A stretch of DNA of 32,000 bases, from NCBI RefSeq assembly GCF_003966335.1, contig NZ_CP034549.1, positions 210,001-242,000 on the forward strand. The letters run 5' to 3'. Source of the stretch: Nonlabens ponticola. GTDB taxonomy: Bacteria; Bacteroidota; Bacteroidia; Flavobacteriales; Flavobacteriaceae. Below are positions 1 through 7,074 of the stretch, in pieces. How positions within the stretch are numbered: the stretch's first letter is position 1; each line of letters opens with the position of its first letter. Position numbers and translations under genes: made by a program. The notes below the pieces were generated by a model, which did not search any database, was not told where the DNA came from, and saw only the letters and a list, made by a program, of their open reading frames with translations.

Positions 1-1175
1 GATATTGCTTTAGGATAAGGATAGTCAAAGGTCATTCTAGAGTAAGACTCTAGTGTTTGCTTTACAGCATACGTTGACCACTGCTCCCATAAAGGATTAC
101 CTTCTGGCGGGTAGATAGAAACGGCCATGATGTCCTTTCCTCCTACTTTTACTGCCATCGCATCGGCGATGTATCTTCTTGAAGAAGTCCAACCAAAGTC
201 ACGTACATAATCAGCCTTGAGCTTCCATGTTTTAGTCGCTGTTGCATTTCCTTGAGCCATTTTTTCTGCTTCTTCTTGAGTACGCAGGATTACTGGCTTA
301 TCATAGCTTTTAGTTGCTTGCTCATAGCGGTTCATTTCCGTTTTTGAATAAACGTCTTTCTTGTTTTGGATAACTCCGGTACCGTCTAACCAGTGATCTG
401 CAGGAACGGTGATGTTTACTTCAAACGTACCAAACGGTAGCGCAAACTCATCACGACCCCAGAACTGACTGTTTTGCCATCCTTCAACATCATTATAAAC
501 AGCCATACGTGGATAGAACTGTGCAATTACATAAGCTCTATTACCATCAGGGAACTCTTCATAACCACTACGGCCGCGACCGTCAACGTGGTTGTTTATG
601 TTGTAATCCCATTCAATGTCAAATTCAAATGACTTGCCTGGCTTCAAGGTTTCTGGCAACTCCACTCGCATCATCGTTTGATTGATGGTGTAGGTAAGAC
701 CTTTTCCTTTGCTGTCAAGAACTTTGGTAATATTAAACCCACCATCAAAAGGCTCTTTCAAGAACGTGCTGGCAAAGTTTGACGGTGTCGTCGCAGACGG
801 TACACCACTTCCTTCAATCAAAGGTGATTTAGAATCCTTGGCACGTACGTTTTGATCTAGTTGTACCCATAGGTAATCTAGATTGTCTGGTGACTTGTTA
901 GTATAAGTGATCGTCTCATAACCGTTGATGTGATGATTTGCATCATCCAGTTTGATATCCATCTTGTAGTCAGCACGCTGCTGGTAATACATAGGACCTG
1001 GCGCTCCACTCGCGCTGCGGTACTGGTTAGGAGTTGAGAATTCCTGATACAGTTGACGGAATTTGTTCTCATTGGCATGTTCCTTAGCAGGCTCTTCTTG
1101 CTTCTCTGCTTCCTGTGCAAAGGAACCGTAAGAAACAAGCATCATTCCTAGAAACAGAAATTTAATTGCTTTCAT
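1..1175 (-). CDS. M1 family metallopeptidase (aminopeptidase N-like), N-terminal part; the 3' end runs off the window
   Basis: Absent from the ORF track because the window edge truncates it. Reading the reverse complement from ATG at 1175..1173, the frame stays open to position 1. Sequence: MKAIKFLFLGMMLVSYGSFAQEAEKQEEPAKEHANENKFRQLYQEF...RADYKMDIKLDD...ITYTNKSPDNLDYLWVQLDQNV...FYPRMAVYNDVEGWQNSQFWGRDEF...TFDYPYPKAI. It has a signal peptide plus a beta-rich N-domain resembling flavobacterial M1 peptidases. The HEXXH site would lie outside the window, so the family call rests on overall resemblance. Confidence 0.7.
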   Translation of the reverse strand, partial: MKAIKFLFLGMMLVSYGSFAQEAEKQEEPAKEHANENKFRQLYQEFSTPNQYRSASGAPGPMYYQQRADYKMDIKLDDANHHINGYETITYTNKSPDNLDYLWVQLDQNVRAKDSKSPLIEGSGVPSATTPSNFASTFLKEPFDGGFNITKVLDSKGKGLTYTINQTMMRVELPETLKPGKSFEFDIEWDYNINNHVDGRGRSGYEEFPDGNRAYVIAQFYPRMAVYNDVEGWQNSQFWGRDEFALPFGTFEVNITVPADHWLDGTGVIQNKKDVYSKTEMNRYEQATKSYDKPVILRTQEEAEKMAQGNATATKTWKLKADYVRDFGWTSSRRYIADAMAVKVGGKDIMAVSIYPPEGNPLWEQWSTYAVKQTLESYSRMTFDYPYPKAI

Positions 1176-1242
1176 GTAAATATTTAATTTTTGACTAATG
1201 GGTGCTAATTTAAGAATAAAGAAATCGTTGTAGGTATCAAAC

Positions 1243-1803
1243 CTAAAACTTTACCTGATCCACAGGCGTATCCTTTGAATTGAGCAAGCTTTTGCGCTTG
1301 TCGTGTAATTTAAAATGTACAAGGTTTTTTTGATCTGGAAATAGCTCAAACAGCGCCTTATAACTCAGCTCAACTGTATTCGGCTCTCTAGCTACGGGTA
1401 ATTCTATGTAGAGTAGTATCTGGTCTGCATCATATTCTGCGCCAATTACCTTGGGATCTATGTCCTTGCCGTCAATGGATGCCGTGAGGCGCTTAGGAAT
1501 ATATTTTTGAAATAGGGCTAGTTGTGACGGCAATGTTTCTGGGTTTCCTAGAATGACTTCCGTTCCAGTTCGAGCTTCCAGCACGTCCTGAAAATCATCA
1601 ATAAAGAATCTGGATACCATTTGCAGCGCTCCAGCCTTCTCACTGTATGCTACATTAGATACTGATAGATAGTATTTGTGGTCTGTGGTGTTTATGCTTT
1701 CGCGAAAGCGTAACTCCAACAAATCAACGTCTTCATGAGTAGAATTGTCAACAGGAATGGCCATACCGACAAGTGCGATCAAACCAAGAAAAAATAATTT
1801 CAT
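1243..1803 (-). CDS. Small secreted protein, DUF6702-like
   Basis: 186-aa ORF with an ATG start and N-terminal signal peptide (MKLFFLGLIALVGMA). The HKYYLSVSNVAYSEKAGALQMVSRFFIDDF block resembles the DUF6702 family that often neighbours M1 peptidase genes in flavobacteria. Palindrome copy 1 lies inside it and encodes RFRES. Confidence 0.6.
   Translation of the reverse strand: MKLFFLGLIALVGMAIPVDNSTHEDVDLLELRFRESINTTDHKYYLSVSNVAYSEKAGALQMVSRFFIDDFQDVLEARTGTEVILGNPETLPSQLALFQKYIPKRLTASIDGKDIDPKVIGAEYDADQILLYIELPVAREPNTVELSYKALFELFPDQKNLVHFKLHDKRKSLLNSKDTPVDQVKF
1696..1709. repeat. Palindrome copy 1, GCTTTCGCGAAAGC
   Basis: Exact match counted from the sequence. Right flank GTAAC. Lies inside minus-strand CDS 1243..1803, where it reads LRFRES. 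Confidence 0.97.
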
Positions 1804-1814
1804 AGAATATTAAT

Positions 1815-1838
1815 TACTGGCGCAAAATAAGCGCAGTA
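1815..1838 (-). terminator. Possible intergenic hairpin (weak terminator or attenuator) between two minus-strand genes
   Basis: TACTGGCGC-AAAATAA-GCGCAGTA forms an imperfect 8-bp stem with one bulged G. On the minus strand it is followed by AUUAAUAUUCU, which is only moderately U-rich. Confidence 0.3.
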
Positions 1839-1869
1839 CTGCTAGCTGCAAAAAGGATGCCTTACTCTT

Positions 1870-2712
1870 TTACTTCTTTTCCAGCGCGATATCTGGATCA
1901 CGTGATTTGAAGATCGTTGCAGTATCATCAAGAAACTTGAGTAATTCCAGCTCATTTTGAGACTCTAACATATCTCTATCAAGCCCACGTTCCTGTGCAA
2001 AAACCATGAATTCATACAAGTGCTTTTCCTTGATTTGTAAATAATCTACCAGATAATCCTTGTCATATTTGTTCTTGAGAAGTACCTCTTTAAACTGTGT
2101 TCTCTTTGAGGACAAATCGATATCAGCCGTGGCGGCATCATTATTAGTCAAAGCAGATCCTAGTACGCCCAGCAATAAACCTACGGCATTGAACATATTG
2201 AATCTAGGCTGGCTTTGCATAAATGCCTCCTTGCGTATGGTATAATCTTCTGGTTGTCGCACTCTATCTGAAAAGGTGTTCTCTACTCGATCGATACCTG
2301 CAATCCTGATGTTGCGCTCGCTTACCTCATCAATACCTAGATCAAGGTCTTCTACACGCACAACATCTACAATCATGGATTGATCCTCGATGATCACCTC
2401 ATCTAGAACGTTCACACCTTCATTAAGAGTAAGCTCAGTCGTGCCTCGTTTTACAGTAGCCTCACTTATGGTTAGAACAAACGGCTTGAATTGCACCGCT
2501 TGAAATGCCAGCTTATCACCAGCACGCACATCGATGTAAAAAACACCTAGCTCGTTGGTGACGGTACCTTCCAGGGTATTGTTATTAAACACGGTTATTC
2601 CATCAAGTGGATCCTGCGTATTTGTCAATATGCTGCCTTGCAACTGTGTGCGTTCAACTTGAGCGATAGCTGTCGTAGCAAACAGCACTAGTATTATCCA
2701 CAGGTATTTCAT
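1870..2712 (-). CDS. Carboxypeptidase-like regulatory domain (CarboxypepD_reg) protein, secreted
   Basis: 280-aa ORF with signal peptide MKYLWIILVLFATTAIAQ. This is followed by LQGSILTNTQDPLDGITVFNNNTLEGTVTNELGVFYIDVRAGDKLAFQAVQFKPF, typical of the CarboxypepD_reg beta-sandwich. Confidence 0.65.
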   Translation of the reverse strand: MKYLWIILVLFATTAIAQVERTQLQGSILTNTQDPLDGITVFNNNTLEGTVTNELGVFYIDVRAGDKLAFQAVQFKPFVLTISEATVKRGTTELTLNEGVNVLDEVIIEDQSMIVDVVRVEDLDLGIDEVSERNIRIAGIDRVENTFSDRVRQPEDYTIRKEAFMQSQPRFNMFNAVGLLLGVLGSALTNNDAATADIDLSSKRTQFKEVLLKNKYDKDYLVDYLQIKEKHLYEFMVFAQERGLDRDMLESQNELELLKFLDDTATIFKSRDPDIALEKK

Positions 2713-2783
2713 AATGATGAGCGATTTGTATTAATATAAAGTTATAAAGAGGCGCGTCAGCATTTTGCCTGTTTATTGTTAAA

Positions 2784-2791
2784 TACCTTTG
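2784..2791 (+). promoter_or_regulatory. Candidate Bacteroidota -7 promoter box (TAnnTTTG) for pepE
   Basis: TACCTTTG matches the TAnnTTTG consensus exactly and lies 17 nt upstream of the ATG at 2808. A TTTG at 2764..2767 could serve as the -33 element, but its spacing is shorter than the canonical distance. Confidence 0.35.
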
Positions 2792-2807
2792 AGCAAAGTC
2801 ACATTTT

Positions 2808-3521
2808 ATGCGCGACATGATCATAGCCAGCACCTCAACACTGCACGGCGGTAAGTATCTGGAGTATCTGACTAGCGTTCTTGTAAAAAGATTAAAACGC
2901 GTGGATGCTAGCCAGTTGCTATTCATACCATTTGCCAGACCTGGCGGCATATCACATGATGATTATACGTCAAGAGTGCGCGAGGTATTATTGCCGCATG
3001 ACATTGAAGTTGTAGGATTGCATACTCAAAAGGACCTTATCACAGCTGTGCAAAATGCCAAAGCCATTTTTACTGGCGGCGGCAATACATTTCAATTAGT
3101 TAAGATGCTACACGAGTATCAACTGCTTGCGCCACTGCGCCAGGCGATTTATTCAGGCACCTTCTATTTGGGAACTAGTGCTGGCAGCAATATTTGCGGG
3201 CTTAACATGCGCACAACAAATGATATGCCTGTGGTACAGCCAGCTTCTTTCAAGACAATTGGTGCGATAGGTTACAATATCAACCCGCATTATCTAGATC
3301 CTGATAAAAATAGCAAACACATGGGCGAGACGCGAGAGCAGCGTATTGCAGAGTTCCATATCTACAACAACATTCCCGTGGTAGGTTTGCGAGAAGGCAG
3401 TTATATCGACGTGCAAGGTGATCAAGAAATACTGCGTGGCGAGCTAGATGCACGCATTTTTGAACAAGAGAAAAACCCATATGAAGTAGCGCCTGGATAC
3501 GATTTTGCCAGCCTTGCTTAA
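2808..3521 (+). CDS. pepE: Dipeptidase E (peptidase S51, alpha-aspartyl dipeptidase)
   Basis: 237 aa with blocks matching E. coli PepE in the same order: FIPFA, GGGNTFQL, GTSAGSNI (nucleophile Ser), RTTNDMPVV, INPHY, GETREQRIAEF. Confidence 0.9.
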   Translation: MRDMIIASTSTLHGGKYLEYLTSVLVKRLKRVDASQLLFIPFARPGGISHDDYTSRVREVLLPHDIEVVGLHTQKDLITAVQNAKAIFTGGGNTFQLVKMLHEYQLLAPLRQAIYSGTFYLGTSAGSNICGLNMRTTNDMPVVQPASFKTIGAIGYNINPHYLDPDKNSKHMGETREQRIAEFHIYNNIPVVGLREGSYIDVQGDQEILRGELDARIFEQEKNPYEVAPGYDFASLA

Positions 3522-3553
3522 TTCCACTAACTTTAAACGATAACCACACCATC

Positions 3554-3841
3554 ATGAAACTAGACGATATACAACACAAACAAAACGACAGGCGCGGTAT
3601 CTTCTATTATAAAAAAGAAGATCACACCGTTGCGGAACTTACCTATTCCCTAGAAGATGATGTGATGGTGATTGATCATACTGAGGTGGATACCAAGCTA
3701 GAAGGAAAGGGAATGGGTGCCAAAATGGTTGAGAAGAGTTACGCTTTCGCGAAAGCTAACAACTACAAGATTAATCCACTATGTCCATTTGCCGAGGTAG
3801 TTTTTGACCGCAATCCAGACTGGAGCAGCGTGCGCGTATGA
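3554..3841 (+). CDS. Small GNAT-fold N-acetyltransferase (YjdJ-like, about 95 aa)
   Basis: Its size and the LEGKGMGAKMVEKSYAFAKANNYKINPLCPF block are typical of the short single-domain acetyltransferase family. Its TGA overlaps the next gene's ATG (ATGA at 3838..3841). Palindrome copy 2 lies inside it and encodes AFAKA. Confidence 0.7.
   Translation: MKLDDIQHKQNDRRGIFYYKKEDHTVAELTYSLEDDVMVIDHTEVDTKLEGKGMGAKMVEKSYAFAKANNYKINPLCPFAEVVFDRNPDWSSVRV
3743..3756. repeat. Palindrome copy 2, GCTTTCGCGAAAGC
   Basis: Exact match. Flanks are GTTAC on the left and TAAC on the right, giving a near 24-bp palindrome. Lies inside plus-strand CDS 3554..3841, where it reads AFAKA. Confidence 0.97.
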
Positions 3842-4380
3842 ACCTAGCATATGAGACAGATCGATTGTTGATGCGTCCATACAAATTAAATGATGCGCCT
3901 TTCTTGTTTGAGATGAACAACGATGCTGAGGTCATGAAATACACGGGTGATGTTTCATTTGACAACTTGCTAGACGCAGAAGAATATTTGACCGATTACA
4001 CTGAAAACCCAAAAGGCCAAGTCAAAAAATACGGCATGGGCAGGTTTGCAGCAATAGAAAAAAATACAGGAGATTTTATAGGAATTTCAGGAGTAAAAAT
4101 TCACGAGGCATCGCAAATATGTGATCTGGGCTACCGATTACTTAAGAGACATTGGGGAAAAGGATTTGCTACTGAGATGGCTGCGGCATCTCTCAAATTT
4201 GGTTTTGAAATATGTAAGCAGCAGGAAATTGTTGCTCACGTTCATGAATACAATTTGGGATCACAGCGAGTAGTCGACAAACTGGGATTTACACTAGCCC
4301 ATAGATTTTTATGGGATGGGCAATTACCTGGACGCTATTATACCATGACAAGAGAACAATATGACAATCAAAGAAATTGA
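3838..4380 (+). CDS. GNAT family N-acetyltransferase (RimJ/RimL-like)
   Basis: 180 aa. LETDRLLMRPY-type N-terminus (here YETDRLLMRPYKLNDA) and an acetyl-CoA-binding-type RHWGKGFATEMA motif. Confidence 0.8.
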   Translation: MNLAYETDRLLMRPYKLNDAPFLFEMNNDAEVMKYTGDVSFDNLLDAEEYLTDYTENPKGQVKKYGMGRFAAIEKNTGDFIGISGVKIHEASQICDLGYRLLKRHWGKGFATEMAAASLKFGFEICKQQEIVAHVHEYNLGSQRVVDKLGFTLAHRFLWDGQLPGRYYTMTREQYDNQRN

Positions 4381-4810
4381 GGCTATAGAAACATATAGCG
4401 TGCGACATCCGGTTTTGCGCACTGGACGACCTGTAGAAACATGCAAGATGGATGGTGACGATCTAGAAAGCACCATTCATTTGGGTGCTTATGATGGTGA
4501 TTTGCTTGTTGGCGTGACCACATTGCTACTCGACTCAATTGCAGAATTAGATTACCTAAACCATTCCAAAGAAAAAACTTACCGCATGCGTGGCATGGGC
4601 GTACTTGCCAACCAACAAGGAAATGGTATTGGAAGAAAAATCGTAGAACATGCCGAAAACTTATTACGCGATAATGGGATCAAATTGCTATGGTTCAATG
4701 CTCGTATCGTTGCCATACCATTTTACTTGAAATTGGGCTTTATCAAATACGGTAACCAGTTTGATGTGCCCAATGTTGGGCCTCACTATAATATGTATAA
4801 AGAATTATGA
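4361..4810 (+). CDS. GNAT family N-acetyltransferase
   Basis: 149 aa. RGMGVLANQQGNGIGRKIVEHAE matches the Q/RxxGxG/A acetyl-CoA motif. It overlaps the upstream gene by 20 nt and the downstream gene by 4 nt (ATGA). Confidence 0.8.
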   Translation: MTIKEIEAIETYSVRHPVLRTGRPVETCKMDGDDLESTIHLGAYDGDLLVGVTTLLLDSIAELDYLNHSKEKTYRMRGMGVLANQQGNGIGRKIVEHAENLLRDNGIKLLWFNARIVAIPFYLKLGFIKYGNQFDVPNVGPHYNMYKEL

Positions 4811-5517
4811 GATCATTGTTGCTATTACTGTTTTCATGCACGGTTATGACTCAAGCTCAAATGAATGTTGACGATCTGACTGGCCTTGCCGCAAACCCGG
4901 CCAATAAATTGGAGCAACTAACGCAGCTCGCACTAGACAAAATCACTGCTGCGGCTGCAAAAGAAGGTATCAAGATCCAGCTGGTATCTGGTTACCGTAG
5001 TTTTGCTAGACAGCGTTCTATATGGAATCGCAAATACAAACGCTACCAGTCTCAAGGACTTGAACCTGATGCAATCTTTGATAAGATCGTGGAATATTCG
5101 ACCGTGCCTGGAACATCAAGACATCATTGGGGTACTGATGTAGATCTTATTGATGGCAATGCGACTTATTCCGGCGATGTTCTAGTTCCCGATAAATTTC
5201 ACGGCGACGGTCCTTTTTGTGAATTCAAGGACTGGATGGAAGCGCATGCTAGTGATTATGGTTTTGAATTAGTTTATACCAATGCTGGAAATCGCTCAGG
5301 TTTCAAATATGAGCCTTGGCATTATAGTTATGCACCCGTATCTAAAGATTATCTAGAGATCTACAATGAGAAAATGGAGTTTGTAACCTTCCTAAGATCA
5401 CAAGACATCATGGGAATGAATGATATTAGTGACGATAGATTACTGCGATATTTTAAAGAACATATTAATGGTGTAAATCCCAGTTTGAAAACTACAACTA
5501 CAAAAAGAAAAGAATAA
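4807..5517 (+). CDS. Peptidase M15 family D-alanyl-D-alanine carboxypeptidase (VanY-like), secreted
   Basis: Signal peptide MRSLLLLLFSCTVMTQAQ. Zn-ligand and active-site blocks SGYRSFARQ, SRHHWGTDVDL and EPWHYSY are typical of M15B/VanY enzymes. Confidence 0.8.
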   Translation: MRSLLLLLFSCTVMTQAQMNVDDLTGLAANPANKLEQLTQLALDKITAAAAKEGIKIQLVSGYRSFARQRSIWNRKYKRYQSQGLEPDAIFDKIVEYSTVPGTSRHHWGTDVDLIDGNATYSGDVLVPDKFHGDGPFCEFKDWMEAHASDYGFELVYTNAGNRSGFKYEPWHYSYAPVSKDYLEIYNEKMEFVTFLRSQDIMGMNDISDDRLLRYFKEHINGVNPSLKTTTTKRKE

Positions 5518-6278
5518 TGAAACGAGGCGGCAAAATCAGAATATTCATAGGACTAGCGATAGTCTTATTTGCTCTATATCAATATTACTCTAGTGCGACG
5601 ACTAATGAATTTACAGGCGAGAAACAGTATGTGGACCTAACTACCGAGGAAGAAATTGCGCTAGGACTTCAGGCAAAACCCAGCATGATGCAACAGCACG
5701 GTGGCTTACTTCAAGATATCGAGGCTCAAGCGCTAGTAGATCAAGTAGGTGCTCGACTTATACAAAGTTCTATAGCTAGTGATACCGATTACAATTGGGA
5801 ATTTCACTTACTGGCAGATAGTCAAACGATTAATGCATTTGCACTACCTGGCGGACAATGTTTTATCACCGCAGCCATGTACAACCAGCTTGAAAATGTG
5901 GATCAGCTAGCTGGCGTTATGGGTCATGAAATAGGTCATGTTATCGCTCGCCACAGCGCAGAGCGACTAGAACAACAGAAACTATCACAAGGACTGGTTA
6001 CAGGCGCATCAGTTGCTGTTGAAGGTGGTGGACAAATGGCAGCTGCCGTGACTCAAATGGTCAATATGAAGTATGGTCGTGAGGACGAATTGCAAAGTGA
6101 TGATCTAGGTGTGAAAATGATGATGGATGCAGGATTTGATCCATACGAAATGGTAGGTGTGATGGAAATCCTAAAAGCAGCTGGTGGGCCCAACCGCACA
6201 CCAGAATTTCAAAGCACGCATCCAGATCCTGATAATAGGATTGAAAAGATCAAAGAATCGATAAGGAAATATCAGTAG
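5517..6278 (+). CDS. M48 family zinc metalloprotease, membrane-anchored
   Basis: N-terminal TM segment IRIFIGLAIVLFALYQYY. HEIGHVIARH (HExxH) lies about 115 residues after the N-terminal TM segment, followed by a downstream ELQSDDLG block. The start overlaps the upstream stop (TAATG). Confidence 0.85.
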   Translation: MKRGGKIRIFIGLAIVLFALYQYYSSATTNEFTGEKQYVDLTTEEEIALGLQAKPSMMQQHGGLLQDIEAQALVDQVGARLIQSSIASDTDYNWEFHLLADSQTINAFALPGGQCFITAAMYNQLENVDQLAGVMGHEIGHVIARHSAERLEQQKLSQGLVTGASVAVEGGGQMAAAVTQMVNMKYGREDELQSDDLGVKMMMDAGFDPYEMVGVMEILKAAGGPNRTPEFQSTHPDPDNRIEKIKESIRKYQ

Positions 6279-6286
6279 CTCGCTCG

Positions 6287-6328
6287 ATTAAGTATTAAGT
6301 ATTAAGTATTAAGTATTAAGTATTAAGT
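6287..6328. repeat. Perfect tandem heptanucleotide array (ATTAAGT)x6
   Basis: Six exact head-to-tail copies counted directly. The array begins 8 nt after the M48 stop codon and ends 86 nt upstream of the ATG at 6415. Confidence 0.95.
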
Positions 6329-6414
6329 AAAGATGCCTTTTTTAGTGAAGTCCGGAACTATACTTTCATCTCAACCAAGATTTAAATTTAAGTTTCAATT
6401 TAATCGTTGAAATA

Positions 6415-6792
6415 ATGATCGCACTTAGAATTGTTTACATTTTAAACATCATCGTGGCAGGACAAATAGCTTATTCAGCTATGTTCAACCCTAAGAATGC
6501 TGCGCTTACGACCTTTAGTAATTCCTATCCTGCAACAGATATGATTAGATTAGTAGGTTGTTTGTGGGCAGCGATTACAATTTTATCCATTCTAGGTTTG
6601 TGGAAACCCTTTACATTTTCTCCTGTTCTATTACTTCAAGTCATTTATAAAGGATCCTGGCTATTGCTGGTGGCTTTACCGGCCTATCGCAACGACATTC
6701 CATTTCCTAAAGCGATGGCGATCTTTTTTATCGTTTGGGTGATTGCTTTGCCCTTTGTTATACCTTGGAAAATTTGGTTTGCATCAAGCTAG
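6415..6792 (+). CDS. Small integral membrane protein (about 4 TM helices), function unknown
   Basis: 125-aa ORF with four long hydrophobic stretches (IVYILNIIVAGQIAY, LVGCLWAAITILSILGL, VLLLQVIYKGSWLLLVAL, AIFFIVWVIALPFVI). I recognise no family motif. Confidence 0.55.
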   Translation: MIALRIVYILNIIVAGQIAYSAMFNPKNAALTTFSNSYPATDMIRLVGCLWAAITILSILGLWKPFTFSPVLLLQVIYKGSWLLLVALPAYRNDIPFPKAMAIFFIVWVIALPFVIPWKIWFASS

Positions 6793-7009
6793 TAGAAAAA
6801 CTGTTCAAGTCTAGTCGAGAACTACCTCTGGAAAGAGATCTCAAATTCCAGGCTCTAAATCTCATTAAGTCAATATCGAGCAACAGTCCACATATGGTTG
6901 AACCAAAGAAAATTCTCCGCTTTTCGACTGCACTACGACTTAGCTCAGTGATCATCGCCCTAAGTGGTTGCTGTAATAAAATCATTTTGCCTCACAGCTC
7001 ATCACTCCT

Positions 7010-7030
7010 AAGTCATAAGTCATAAGTCAT
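7010..7030. repeat. Tandem heptanucleotide array (AAGTCAT)x3, equivalent to the CATAAGT register
   Basis: Three exact copies counted directly, followed by AATTAATTAA. In the CATAAGT register the unit differs from ATTAAGT at only 2 of 7 positions. Confidence 0.9.
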
Positions 7031-7074
7031 AATTAATTAACTGACTGCTCCACTAAAAGACTTAAAGACAAGCC

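Noticed and set aside
878-1138. 86-aa minus-strand track ORF at the left edge.
   Set aside because: It is out of frame with, and entirely inside, the much longer edge-truncated open frame starting at 1175. That longer frame gives a convincing signal peptide and M1-peptidase-like sequence.
2060-3965. Track ORFs 2060..2245(+), 2654..2950(-), 3280..3579(-) and 3771..3965(-).
   Set aside because: Each overlaps a well-supported gene on the opposite strand (the CarboxypepD_reg protein, pepE or the GNATs). All have Cys/Arg/Ser-rich, non-protein-like composition.
6287-6328. The heptamer array as a CRISPR or minisatellite-encoded peptide.
   Set aside because: The units are 7 nt and contiguous with no spacers. 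The array carries stop codons in every frame and lies outside any ORF.
6735-7025. Track ORFs 6735..7025(+) and 6758..6985(-) in the convergent gap.
   Set aside because: They mutually overlap on opposite strands. The plus-strand ORF also overlaps the end of the membrane-protein gene. Their sequences are low-complexity with no motifs or signal features. The region is reported as an ORF-poor gap instead.
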